Notes: generated from the letters alone by a model not told the origin. Shown: positions 1 to 8,314, counted from the stretch's first letter. The stretch: 28,147 nucleotides of DNA from an uncultured Elusimicrobiales bacterium (GCA_964606755.1 CAZSIW010000001.1:1-28147); one strand, 5' to 3'. Numbers and translations: made by a program.

Positions 1-1
1 C

Positions 2-82
2 CCAATAAGGCCCCTTTATAAAATATTTGGGCCCGGAATCGCCTTTCCTGAAACTTTTTTCTTTTTCGTTGAATTTTTCCAT
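2..82 (-). CDS. 5' part of a probable cupin-domain protein, truncated by the window edge
   Basis: Not in the ORF track. ATG at 82 preceded by SD-like GGGGAGAG and a consensus promoter. Reads MEKFNEKEKSFRKGDSGPKYFIKGPYW; the GDSGPKY segment resembles the N-terminus of a small cupin family (from recall). Confidence 0.6.
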   Translation of the reverse strand, partial: MEKFNEKEKSFRKGDSGPKYFIKGPYW

Positions 83-111
83 AAAAACTCTCCCCGGCAG
101 GCTGTTTACAA

Positions 112-140
112 AGTCTACTAATTTTACCAAACCTTGTCAA
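112..140 (-). promoter_or_regulatory. sigma70-type promoter for the edge gene
   Basis: TTGACA-17 nt-TAGACT on the minus strand. Confidence 0.75.
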
Positions 141-141
141 T

Positions 142-172
142 AAAAAAAGCTCTCAAAATAGAGAGCGTTTTT
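142..172 (-). terminator. intrinsic terminator after the response-regulator gene
   Basis: Stem GCTCTC/GAGAGC (149-154/161-166) followed by T7 on the minus strand, with a T-run on the plus side too. Confidence 0.7.
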
Positions 173-193
173 GCACAAATGCGTTCCCGCGGT

Positions 194-1123
194 TTATCCG
201 AGTTCGCGCTTTACCACGCTGACAACGTCTTTCGAGAAAAACGGTTTCGGCAGGTGTCCCTTTGCGCCGAGCTCCCTGGCCTGGGTCTTGAACGTCTCGC
301 CTGATACCCCGGATACAAAATATACCGCCGCCATTTCATCTATCTCTTTTATCGCCTTCAGCACCGCAAGCCCGTTCATGTTCGGCAGCGAAACATCGAG
401 AAAAACGAGGTCTGGCTTTTTTTTCATGTATATATCCAATGCCTCTTCTCCCGATGCCGCGAGATGCACTTCCACTCCTTCTTTCTCGATGATCGCCGAC
501 AGCGTGAGCCTTATATCTTCTTCGTCGTCAACCACCATGACGGACTTCCTGAGGATCTTTTTCGCCCTCTCCTGCTGTTTTACCGCGTCGTTGTTGATGA
601 CCGCGAATATTTTCTGACAGTTTTTGAAAAGGGAGAGTATCAGTCCTGTGTTGTCGGCTTTTATCTTCAGGTCGGGCTCATAGACGAGCCTGTCCCGCTC
701 GACGGACAGCGCATCCATATCCCTTAAAAATGTATCATGCCCGCTCGCTGCCAGCAGGGCTTCCAGCGGCCTGTGGTTCAGGGTATCGAAATATTTGACC
801 TGCGCATCCGCGCTGAGATTCTTCAAAAATACGGTGTTCACGTTGTCCGCGTTCTTTGAACATTTTTTTGAAAGCGTCCATATGGCGTCTTCCATCATCA
901 TCTGCAGCACCGTGTGCAGGTTCAAGAGGGCTATCCGCTGCTGGTTATAGTTCGAAAGGTCCTGCTTTCCTATGAGCTTCAGGAGTTCCTTTATAAGGGG
1001 GGAAGGCCACTGAGCAAAATATGCGGTCGACGAGCTGCAGCACAGTGAAGCGTCGTACGCGCTAAGGATTTTGAGGCATTCCGAGCATTTGTAATAGAGG
1101 TCCTGCTTGATCTCGGTGGTCAT
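194..1123 (-). CDS. response regulator: C-terminal receiver domain, unusual ~190-aa N-terminal region with CxxC...CC
   Basis: Receiver motifs VMVVDDE, phosphoacceptor FLDVSLP, FVSG, LPKPF; N-terminal KCSECLK...LCC. Confidence 0.85.
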   Translation of the reverse strand: MTTEIKQDLYYKCSECLKILSAYDASLCCSSSTAYFAQWPSPLIKELLKLIGKQDLSNYNQQRIALLNLHTVLQMMMEDAIWTLSKKCSKNADNVNTVFLKNLSADAQVKYFDTLNHRPLEALLAASGHDTFLRDMDALSVERDRLVYEPDLKIKADNTGLILSLFKNCQKIFAVINNDAVKQQERAKKILRKSVMVVDDEEDIRLTLSAIIEKEGVEVHLAASGEEALDIYMKKKPDLVFLDVSLPNMNGLAVLKAIKEIDEMAAVYFVSGVSGETFKTQARELGAKGHLPKPFFSKDVVSVVKRELG

Positions 1124-1209
1124 AGGGTTGTAGTATTATTATTAGCAGAAAAGCTGAGGGGGTTCAAGGGGGAATTAAAAAACCAGGATAGTCTAATCCT
1201 GTCAAAAAC

Positions 1210-1238
1210 TTGATGAAAATTCGATTATTTGATATTAT
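1210..1238 (+). promoter_or_regulatory. sigma70-type promoter upstream of tRNA-Ser
   Basis: TTGATG-17 nt-TATTAT about 110 nt before the tRNA. Confidence 0.5.
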
Positions 1239-1348
1239 GAATACAGAATTTGTGGTCCACACGAGGAAATTTGCAACATTTTCGTGCGGTCAGCAAATTA
1301 TATTAAATTACCAATATCGATTGTTAAATAAACCAATTTGTTGAAAAT

Positions 1349-1439
1349 GGAGAGGTCGCATAGTGGTTTAGTGCGCCGGTTTGCTAAACCGGTGTATGGG
1401 TGAAAACCTATACCGAGGGTTCGAATCCCTCCCTCTCCG
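1349..1439 (+). tRNA. tRNA-Ser (anticodon GCT), CCA not encoded
   Basis: Acceptor GGAGAGG/CCTCTCC plus discriminator G; anticodon arm CCGGT-TTGCTAA-ACCGG; long variable arm; T-arm GAGGG-TTCGAAT-CCCTC. Confidence 0.97.
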
Positions 1440-1549
1440 TTTGTTCTTTTTAGAGCCGTTATTGCTGTGCAACCGATTCGAATTCGACGGGAGACGTCCT
1501 CGTGAGCGCAACGTCGCGAGACGAGTACCCGAACATACACTGTTTAAAC

Positions 1550-1598
1550 AAAAAACCGCTAAAAAGCAGAACATGATCTGCCTCCTAGCGGTTTTTTT
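1550..1598. terminator. bidirectional terminator-like hairpin between the tRNA and the convergent HdeD gene
   Basis: AAAAAACCGCTA...GCAGA-ACATGA-TCTGC...TAGCGGTTTTTTT. Confidence 0.7.
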
Positions 1599-1681
1599 CC
1601 GTCACCAGCGTGAAGTTTCTGATTTTCTCCCGACACCGTCAGGCGAGGGAGAAAGGTTTTGCCGTTAGTTAAACAATTATT

Positions 1682-2299
1682 TTACGCTTGTTTTTCTCTT
1701 ATCGGTCTTCTCATTTCAAGGCTGAAATTCGTGATGTACCCGCCGTTAAGCAGCAGGCTTACCCCGATTATTATCCCCAGAATAATGTTGTTTGCCGGCG
1801 TTACGGCGAACAAAGCGATGATCCCCAGGACAACTCCGTATATGGCGTTAAAGTTAGATATCGCGTCTACCGTAGGTCCGAAAAACCTTGTTACCCCGGC
1901 CGCGATAAGATAAACGCTTATTAAACCCATAAGGATCGAAAGACCGAACAGCGGGTGCGCCATGATCAACAGCCCCGCCAGGGCCGAAATGATCCCCAGG
2001 CTCAATTGTCCGAAAGATGAATCTGCCACTGAAGCTACTATGTTCACTATCCCGCTGACCAGAATCGACACCCCGAGCAGAAACACAAACGAGTCTCCGC
2101 CAAAAACGGAGCTTAGCCTGTAAAAAGCGGGGGACAACATCGCTACTAAACCGCATACGGCCTCGATTATCCCAAGTGCCTGCAGCGTCTGGGACGTGTT
2201 GGTAATTGCGGCGGAAAGCTGGCTCGCGTTGATCCTTTTTAATTCTTCTTCCACCAGAATTTTTGACTCCATCGTGGGTTGTTCCTGAAGAGTGACCAT
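1682..2299 (-). CDS. HdeD/DUF308 family membrane protein
   Basis: About six hydrophobic segments with repeated G-rich patterns (LLGVSILVSGIVNIV, GIISALAGLLIMAHP); SD AAGGAGG. Confidence 0.8.
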   Translation of the reverse strand: MVTLQEQPTMESKILVEEELKRINASQLSAAITNTSQTLQALGIIEAVCGLVAMLSPAFYRLSSVFGGDSFVFLLGVSILVSGIVNIVASVADSSFGQLSLGIISALAGLLIMAHPLFGLSILMGLISVYLIAAGVTRFFGPTVDAISNFNAIYGVVLGIIALFAVTPANNIILGIIIGVSLLLNGGYITNFSLEMRRPIREKQA

Positions 2300-2451
2300 A
2301 ATACGCCTCCTTTTTTAGAGCATGCCGGTTATTTGACAAGGCACTCGCGGCTGAACGATGATGTAAAAATTCAGAACAACGAATGCGTCGCAGGAAATAC
2401 CGCTATCGCTCTTTTTGGTTGGTGTTACGTCGAAGTATTAATTCTGGTTCC

Positions 2452-2480
2452 ATTCTAAAACTATTTTCGTGTTGTGTCAA
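2452..2480 (-). promoter_or_regulatory. sigma70-type promoter for the HdeD-like gene, implying a ~145-nt 5' UTR
   Basis: TTGACA-17 nt-TAGAAT. Confidence 0.75.
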
Positions 2481-2583
2481 CAAGATGTGGGAAATAGGTT
2501 ATGGCGGGGTTGTTAAATATAACCGTGTAATTTCAGCGCGCGCGGACTCAACATTTCAACCGTCTCAAAAAAGATGAGCCTCT

Positions 2584-2838
2584 CTACCTGTTTCCCTCAT
2601 AGTTGAACAGGTCTTTAAGCGTAAAATGCGTTTCCGGTCTGGCCGCGCAGAGGGCGCGCAGTATCTTCGTCTGGATATTGAACGTCAGCCGCCGGCCCCC
2701 TCGCCCCTTGTTGATCATCTTGTGCGTCAGTTGCTCTTTCGAAGCGAGGGCCAGGTCCGTGTTGGAGATGCCCAGCCGCGTCATTATCTCATCGAGCGGC
2801 TGCGGCCCCTGTTCCATATCGGGGATGAACGATGACAT
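2584..2838 (-). CDS. small hypothetical protein, possibly HTH-like
   Basis: 84 aa ORF continuing the rnr operon; segments GPQPL, L..AS.EQLTHKM, GRRLT.NIQ.KI.RAL resemble a small uncharacterized family (from recall). Confidence 0.7.
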   Translation of the reverse strand: MSSFIPDMEQGPQPLDEIMTRLGISNTDLALASKEQLTHKMINKGRGGRRLTFNIQTKILRALCAARPETHFTLKDLFNYEGNR

Positions 2839-2842
2839 TGTT

Positions 2843-3004
2843 TTATTTGTCGTGCTTCGCTACGAATTCCTTGATAGCTTCGATATTTTCCAGAACGAGC
2901 TTAGCCTTCTTCAGACCGAACTGGAACGGGAACTTGTCCTCTTCCGAGTTCTTCAGCACTATCATCGGGTTGCCCTTGTACTCTGATTCCGATACGATCG
3001 ACAT
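2843..3004 (-). CDS. 53-aa hypothetical protein missed by the ORF track
   Basis: Strong SD AAGGGAGGAG before ATG 3004; MSIVSESEYKGNPMIVLKNSEEDKFPFQFGLKKAKLVLENIEAIKEFVAKHDK*; fills the gap between rnr and the 84-aa ORF. Confidence 0.8.
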   Translation of the reverse strand: MSIVSESEYKGNPMIVLKNSEEDKFPFQFGLKKAKLVLENIEAIKEFVAKHDK

Positions 3005-3059
3005 GGTTACTCCTCCCTTGTTGCCTCACGGCCCTGCGGCCGCGGGTTATATACATCAT

Positions 3060-5018
3060 TTATCTTCTGTGCCGTTGTTTCGTCTGCCGCCGGGGCGTCA
3101 CGCGCCACTGGGCGGGGATCCGCGGCTGTTCCGCGAGAGAAAGGTCTATCTTCCCTTCGGCTGTATCCACGGCGTCCACCACTACTTTCACCTTTGTGCC
3201 TGGCATCAGGTTCGTCACCCTCAGCATGCCCTCTGCCCCCGTCGCTCCGCACATCACGAACGTGCCGCTCTCTATCACCGTCGTCACCGTTCCTTCCATC
3301 ACTACGCCTATCTGGTCCTTAAACAGCTCCGCCCGCATCAGGTCTACGGCCTTGTGCTCGGCTTCCGCCGCGGTCCGCTCGCGTTCCGAGCAGTGTTCGC
3401 CCGCCATTACGAGCGGAATTGCGCCGTGGTCTTCTTTTCTCCCGTGCAGAAGCGCCTTGACCGCGCGGTGCGCCATCAGGTCCGGGTACCTGCGTATCGG
3501 GGACGTAAAATGCGCGTAGGCTGTCGCGGCAATACCGAAATGGCCTTTTGATTCAGGCGAATAAACCGCCTGTTTCATACTGCGCACCATGAGAGAATTT
3601 ATAATGTCTGTCAAAGGATGGTTTTCGGCTTGGCGCAGGATATCCTGCAGGGCCTTGTGCGTGTTCCCGCCGATAAGGTGTCCCGCCGAAAGGCCCAGCT
3701 CGCCCAGCGCTTTTGCCAGCGCCTCTATCTTGGCCGGGTCCGGCTCGTCGTGTCGCCTGTGCAGGAACGGCGCCCCGGCGCGTATAAGCTCCGTCGCTAT
3801 GGCCTCGTTGGCAAGGAGCATGAACTCTTCTATAAGCCGGTGGCTCTTGAGCCTCGGGCGCAGCGCCACGCCTACGGGTTTACCCTTGTCGTCCGTCACC
3901 ACCTTGTATTCGGGAAGGTTAAAATCCAGGGCGCCCCGTTTTACCCTCGTGCGGTATAACACCTCGGCAAGCTTGCCCATGTGCGTTACGGCATCGTTAA
4001 CTATAGCGTGCACGTTGTGTACTTTTCTTCCGTCCAGCAGCTCCTGCACTTCCTCGTATGTGAACCGCCGGCACGAACGGATAACGGTCTGGGCCATCCG
4101 CCGTTTCGTCACCCTGCCTTCGGGATTTATATCCATGAACACAGAAAGCGTCAGCCGTTCCTGGTCTGGCACGAGACTGCATAGATTGTTCGAAAGAGAG
4201 GGGGGTATCATAGGCACAACGCGGTCCGGCAGGTAAACGCTCGTGCCGCGCGCGTACGCCTCTTTGTCCAGGGCTGAACCGTTCTTCACGTAATTTTCGA
4301 CGTCTGCTATATGAACGCCCAGCCGCGCGATACCGTTGCCGAGAGGTTCTATCGAAACTGCGTCGTCAAAATCTTTTGCGTCCGCCCCGTCAATAGTAAC
4401 CACGGGCAGGTGGAACAGCTCTTCCCTGTCTTTCCAGTGGTGGGGCTCAAGTTTATCGGGGAACGACTCGCTCTGCGCCAACACCTCTTTGGGAAATTTT
4501 TCAATAATGCGCCGCGCGCGAAGGAGCGCCGTTATGCACGCGTGCACATCGTCCTGCTCGCCCAAAACTTCTATCACCGTGCCGGCCGCGCCCTCGGTCG
4601 TCGATGGCCAGCGCGTCACCTCGAGCACCGCGAAGGCCCCCGCCATGGGCGCGATCTTCTGCGCGAAACCCGTCACCTGCGCCGGCGGCGCGTCGCCTTT
4701 CTCGGGCAAAACCACCCATCCGTGCGGAAATTTTTTGAGTATGCCGACTATCGAAGCGCTGGCGCGTTTAAGCACCTTTATTACTTCGCCGGCTACGCGG
4801 CCGTTGTGTTCGGTGTGCACCCTTGCCAAAACACGGTCGCCGTTCATGGCAAGGTCAAGCCCGCGTCCGCGCAAAAACACGTCCGGCTCGCCGGGCTTTT
4901 CAGCCAGAAGGAACCCGAACCGCCCATGATGCTGTATCACACCCTCTACGACGGGCCCTTCCTTTTCGGACGACCGCCTGTATTCCTGATGATGGTGTTT
5001 TTGCCAGTGTCTTTTCAT
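3060..5018 (-). CDS. rnr: ribonuclease R (RNase II/RNB family)
   Basis: Cold-shock domain GRFGFLL; RNB catalytic TIDGADAKDFDDAVS; HFTSPIRRYPDL; short C-terminal S1-like domain. Confidence 0.93.
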   Translation of the reverse strand: MKRHWQKHHHQEYRRSSEKEGPVVEGVIQHHGRFGFLLAEKPGEPDVFLRGRGLDLAMNGDRVLARVHTEHNGRVAGEVIKVLKRASASIVGILKKFPHGWVVLPEKGDAPPAQVTGFAQKIAPMAGAFAVLEVTRWPSTTEGAAGTVIEVLGEQDDVHACITALLRARRIIEKFPKEVLAQSESFPDKLEPHHWKDREELFHLPVVTIDGADAKDFDDAVSIEPLGNGIARLGVHIADVENYVKNGSALDKEAYARGTSVYLPDRVVPMIPPSLSNNLCSLVPDQERLTLSVFMDINPEGRVTKRRMAQTVIRSCRRFTYEEVQELLDGRKVHNVHAIVNDAVTHMGKLAEVLYRTRVKRGALDFNLPEYKVVTDDKGKPVGVALRPRLKSHRLIEEFMLLANEAIATELIRAGAPFLHRRHDEPDPAKIEALAKALGELGLSAGHLIGGNTHKALQDILRQAENHPLTDIINSLMVRSMKQAVYSPESKGHFGIAATAYAHFTSPIRRYPDLMAHRAVKALLHGRKEDHGAIPLVMAGEHCSERERTAAEAEHKAVDLMRAELFKDQIGVVMEGTVTTVIESGTFVMCGATGAEGMLRVTNLMPGTKVKVVVDAVDTAEGKIDLSLAEQPRIPAQWRVTPRRQTKQRHRR

Positions 5019-5057
5019 TATTGTTGTATTGTTTATGCATTACAATTTACTTTGTTA

Positions 5058-5086
5058 AAAATATCATATCCTAGGTTAAACGTCAA
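5058..5086 (-). promoter_or_regulatory. putative rnr promoter
   Basis: TTGACG-17 nt-TATTTT with an extended -10 TG. Confidence 0.5.
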
Positions 5087-5120
5087 GTGGAGCGCCTTCG
5101 GAGACTTTCTAAACAGGCGA

Positions 5121-5140
5121 CATCCCGCCGCGGCGGGATG
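5121..5140. repeat. perfect 20-bp GC-rich palindrome
   Basis: CATCCCGCCGCGGCGGGATG equals its own reverse complement. Confidence 0.9.
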
Positions 5141-5184
5141 CTAGCCTCAAATTTACCACACTTTTTTATGCTTTCGCCAATAAT

Positions 5185-5691
5185 TTAAATATTATTCCAA
5201 CGGGTTACGTTACAGATCCTTTCCAGAAGCGCTGAAAAACGGTTTATGCTCTCGGTCGCTCCCTCCTGCATGCCGTGCTGAACCATGCCGTCGCGGTCTT
5301 CGACGCTCTGGAAAACAACGTTGTCGTTGCTGATGGTCTTGCCGTTTTGTTCTTCGAGGACCACCGTCTCAAGCGACACGTGCCCGGGCGCGCCCTCGAA
5401 CTCGAAGGTGTACACGAGCTTCTCGGGTGGCAATACCTGGTGATAAACGCCGTGGAACGCGAACACATTGCCTTGCGCGTCGCGCGACACGAACCTCCAC
5501 ACACCGCCCGCCCTCACGTCCATCTTATCGACAATGGTGTTGTACTTTTGCGGCCCCCACCACTTGGGTATAAGCTTCGGATCCGTCAACGTCTTAAAAA
5601 CAAGTTCGCGCGCTGCGTTATACTCATGGGTGATAACGACCTCCTGATTACCCGGCTCAATAACAAATTCGGTTTTCGTCATAGTTTCCAT
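5185..5691 (-). CDS. SRPBCC/AHSA1-like ligand-binding protein
   Basis: ARELVFKTLTDP.LIPKWWGP, DVRAGGVWRF, PPEKLVYTF, GMQEGATES; SD GGGAGG. Confidence 0.88.
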   Translation of the reverse strand: METMTKTEFVIEPGNQEVVITHEYNAARELVFKTLTDPKLIPKWWGPQKYNTIVDKMDVRAGGVWRFVSRDAQGNVFAFHGVYHQVLPPEKLVYTFEFEGAPGHVSLETVVLEEQNGKTISNDNVVFQSVEDRDGMVQHGMQEGATESINRFSALLERICNVTRWNNI

Positions 5692-5720
5692 GATTTTTTC
5701 CTCCCGTTTTTATGTTTAAA

Positions 5721-5755
5721 TAAAAAACCCGCCACTGCCTGATGCAATCGCGGGT
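5721..5755 (-). terminator. terminator-like hairpin between rho and the SRPBCC gene
   Basis: CCCGC-GATTGC-ATCAG-GCAGT-GGCGGG followed by TTTTTT on the minus strand. Confidence 0.65.
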
Positions 5756-5767
5756 TCCATTATGCCC

Positions 5768-5796
5768 ATTGTATAACTCAAGTTATGAACGGTCAA
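5768..5796 (-). promoter_or_regulatory. sigma70 promoter with an operator-like inverted repeat overlapping the spacer
   Basis: TTGACC-17 nt-TACAAT; ATAACT-CA-AGTTAT at 5773-5786. Confidence 0.6.
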
Positions 5797-5822
5797 TAAG
5801 CGTTACTGTTCGGATTATCCCT

Positions 5823-6908
5823 TTAAATACTCGCCAATAACCTCTTGTTCGTGGGGTACAGCCTTATCAGTTCTATAAGATAATGCATCATCTCCGCGGG
5901 TTTCTTGGGAGCCAGCGTCCTTCTTAACAGCGTCAGCTGTTTGATGTCGTCCTTGTCGAACAACAGCTCCTCTTTTCTCGTGCCGCTCTCCATGATGTTT
6001 ATCGCCGGGAAAATGCGCTGCTCGGCCAGTTCGCGGTTTAAAACTATCTCGCAGTTGCCCGTGCCCTTGAACTCCTGGAAAATGAGGTCGTCCATGCGCG
6101 AGCCCGTGTCGACAAGCGTGGTGGCAAGTATAGTCACCGACCCGCCGTTCTCCACGTTGCGCGCCAGGCCCAGGAACTGCCGGGGTATCTTTAAAGCCCC
6201 GGCATCCACCCCGCCGGACATCGTCCTTCCGGTGGATGAGCCCCGCTGGTTGAACGCCCTCGCCATGCGGGTCAGACTGTCTACGAGAACAACCACGTCT
6301 TTCTTGCACTCGAGGTCGATCTTTATGTGCGCGAGCACCAGCTCCGTAAGCGCCACGTGTTCCGCGACGCTCCTGTCGCTGCTGCTGGCGATCACTTCCG
6401 CCTCAACACTGCGTTTGAAATGCGTCACCTCTTCCGGCCGCTCGTCTACTAGAAACACGATGATCCGCGCGTCCGGGTCGTTCTCGCGTATGGTCTGCGC
6501 CAGCTTCATCAGCAGCATGGTCTTTCCGGCCTTGGGGGGAGAAACGATCAGCCCCCTCGTCCCCTTTCCGATGGGCGTTATCAAGTCAAGTATCCTCATG
6601 CTGGGGTCTTTGGATTTGGAGAGGTCGAACCGCTCGTTCGGGTCTATCGCGGTCAGCGTGTCGAACAATGTTCTGTCCATGAACTCTTTGGGCGTCAGCC
6701 CGCCGATCGTGTCCACTCCAGAGAGCTGTTTTCCCTGAACCGGACCCTCGACAAACGCGCCCGGAACAAGCCGGTACTGCCTTACCAGGGCGGGCGGCAC
6801 AACAATATCGTTCGGCCCGGGAAGAAAAGACCTCTGCGGGTCCCTAAGCTCGCCCGCGCCGTTCCTTGTGAATTGAAAAACACCTTTGGTTGTTTGTAAC
6901 GTGTCCAT
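5823..6908 (-). CDS. rho: transcription termination factor Rho, short atypical form (361 aa)
   Basis: P-loop GKGTRGLIVSPPKAGKT, LVDERPEEVT, DSLTR, SGGVD, GTGNCE, SGTRKEELL. Start re-set to ATG 6908 (SD AAGAGG); the track start at 6992 overlaps the upstream gene. Confidence 0.9.
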   Translation of the reverse strand: MDTLQTTKGVFQFTRNGAGELRDPQRSFLPGPNDIVVPPALVRQYRLVPGAFVEGPVQGKQLSGVDTIGGLTPKEFMDRTLFDTLTAIDPNERFDLSKSKDPSMRILDLITPIGKGTRGLIVSPPKAGKTMLLMKLAQTIRENDPDARIIVFLVDERPEEVTHFKRSVEAEVIASSSDRSVAEHVALTELVLAHIKIDLECKKDVVVLVDSLTRMARAFNQRGSSTGRTMSGGVDAGALKIPRQFLGLARNVENGGSVTILATTLVDTGSRMDDLIFQEFKGTGNCEIVLNRELAEQRIFPAINIMESGTRKEELLFDKDDIKQLTLLRRTLAPKKPAEMMHYLIELIRLYPTNKRLLASI

Positions 6909-6930
6909 TGTTATCCTCTTAATTATCAGG

Positions 6931-8124
6931 CTAAAACGCTTCCAGGAAAGTAAGATATGTCTTAGCGGAATCGGGCGTGAACCCGAAATCAAGCCTTATG
7001 TTTATTTTGTTGTCGGGGTCAACCATGTAGCGAATACCGAAACCGTGGGCCTCCTTGATCTCATCTGCCCGAAAATCGCTGAACCGGTCCGCGAGTGCCG
7101 CGAAACCCTCAAAAAACGCCAGGTGGAACCGCCAATACAAAGGCATGCGGTACTGCCATCTCGCGAACATCATGTCGTTGTCCCTGAAACGGCCCATGTA
7201 GTACCCTCTCATAACGTTCTGGCCGCCCACGTAGGGCATATCCTGGAAAGGAACGTCCCCGTTCACCCACTGGGCAAGCCCCTCGATAGCGAGGACGTGC
7301 GTTGTAAAACAGGGGAAATATTTGCGCAGGTCTATTGTGGATTTCATGAACTCGTAGTCGCTGCCAAATATTTTGTCGTAGCGCGAGCTCGTGAAAGAAC
7401 AGAGGCTGCCCTCGCTCGGCTCACAGATGTTGTTTCGCGTGTCCCTGATGACGGTCACGCCAAGCGAAGAGACGTTGGCGTCCTGACTACCGGGAATATC
7501 GCCCTGGACAGGCAGACCGTTGTCCGATACCGACAAGATCTTTGTCTGCCTGAAATGCTCCACTAACCCGGCGTAAATTTTTGGGGAGATCCTTCTTAAC
7601 AAACTCGTCGTCAGGATGGTGTCCTGGGAACCGAAGGTCTCATACACGCCTTCCACCGTCTGTTCGCCCAGCCCGTAAAACCTGTCCTTGAACGTGAGAA
7701 AGGTCAGTGCGCTTCTGAAAATGTATTCGCCTTTGTTAAAATATATCTCCGGGGCCACGCTGAACACTCTCTGCCCCGTCGTAGTGCCGACAGCGGTCAA
7801 TCTCAATGAAGAAGGCCGGGTAGGGTCGCAGCTCCCCTCACAGCTGAAAAGATGTACTCCGCTCACACCAAACCCGCTCTGCGTCTCCGGGGTGTAGAAG
7901 TAGACCGGAACGATGTCCCGTTTTTTTCCGATCATGTTCACAAGGTTCTGCAGGATTTCGTTGCCCCCGTGCGAGGGTGTGGTTATGACAGGCGGCACTT
8001 CCATGAAAATAACTTTCTCTGCGTCGTCATCTTCATCTTCCTGCGCGAACAGCCGGCAGGGGACGGAACTTAATATTAAGCCGCAAACCAGGATAGCAGA
8101 TATTGTTTTTAATGTTCGCATCAA
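6931..8124 (-). CDS. Omp85/BamA-TamA family outer-membrane beta-barrel protein
   Basis: N-terminal signal peptide; GGQNVMRGYYMGRFRD (Omp85 loop-6 RGY motif); GFGIRY; terminal aromatic residue (EAF); no obvious POTRA repeats. Confidence 0.85.
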   Translation of the reverse strand: MMRTLKTISAILVCGLILSSVPCRLFAQEDEDDDAEKVIFMEVPPVITTPSHGGNEILQNLVNMIGKKRDIVPVYFYTPETQSGFGVSGVHLFSCEGSCDPTRPSSLRLTAVGTTTGQRVFSVAPEIYFNKGEYIFRSALTFLTFKDRFYGLGEQTVEGVYETFGSQDTILTTSLLRRISPKIYAGLVEHFRQTKILSVSDNGLPVQGDIPGSQDANVSSLGVTVIRDTRNNICEPSEGSLCSFTSSRYDKIFGSDYEFMKSTIDLRKYFPCFTTHVLAIEGLAQWVNGDVPFQDMPYVGGQNVMRGYYMGRFRDNDMMFARWQYRMPLYWRFHLAFFEGFAALADRFSDFRADEIKEAHGFGIRYMVDPDNKINIRLDFGFTPDSAKTYLTFLEAF

Positions 8125-8252
8125 CAGGATTTAGCCTTTACAGGACCACCGTGACTTTTGAAGTTATCTTATTATTACCAAATATTTAAGCATATGTACA
8201 GTGCCAAAACTTGCCTGAAGGCGCTCTGAGGAACTTTTTATAAGTTTTATCT

Positions 8253-8281
8253 GTCATCCCCCGGGGATTTAATCGTGGATC
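8253..8281. repeat. degenerate left half of a REP-like palindromic element
   Basis: GTCATCCCCCGGGGATTTAATCGTGGATC aligns with GTCATCCCCGAGGGTCTAATCGGGGATC at 9173. Confidence 0.55.
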
Positions 8282-8314
8282 AACGACGCCGAAGAGAGCT
8301 TCCTGAATTGTCAC

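Noticed and set aside
1349-1439. tRNA-Ser as the attachment site of an island
   Set aside because: No duplicate of its 3' end and no integrase found in the window.
1368-1574. 68-aa minus-strand ORF with a good-looking AGGAGG SD
   Set aside because: Its 3' part is antisense to tRNA-Ser (RRGRDSNPRY is the classic antisense-tRNA artefact) and the SD lies within a terminator stem; no evidence for a type I toxin.
1590-1670. c-di-GMP-I riboswitch suggested by GGCAAAACC on the minus strand
   Set aside because: The GAAA tetraloop/receptor and the second conserved stem are missing, and the position is downstream of a gene.
6909-6992. N-terminal extension of Rho in the ORF track
   Set aside because: Overlaps the Omp85 gene end; no similarity to the Rho N-terminal bundle; a good SD precedes ATG 6908.
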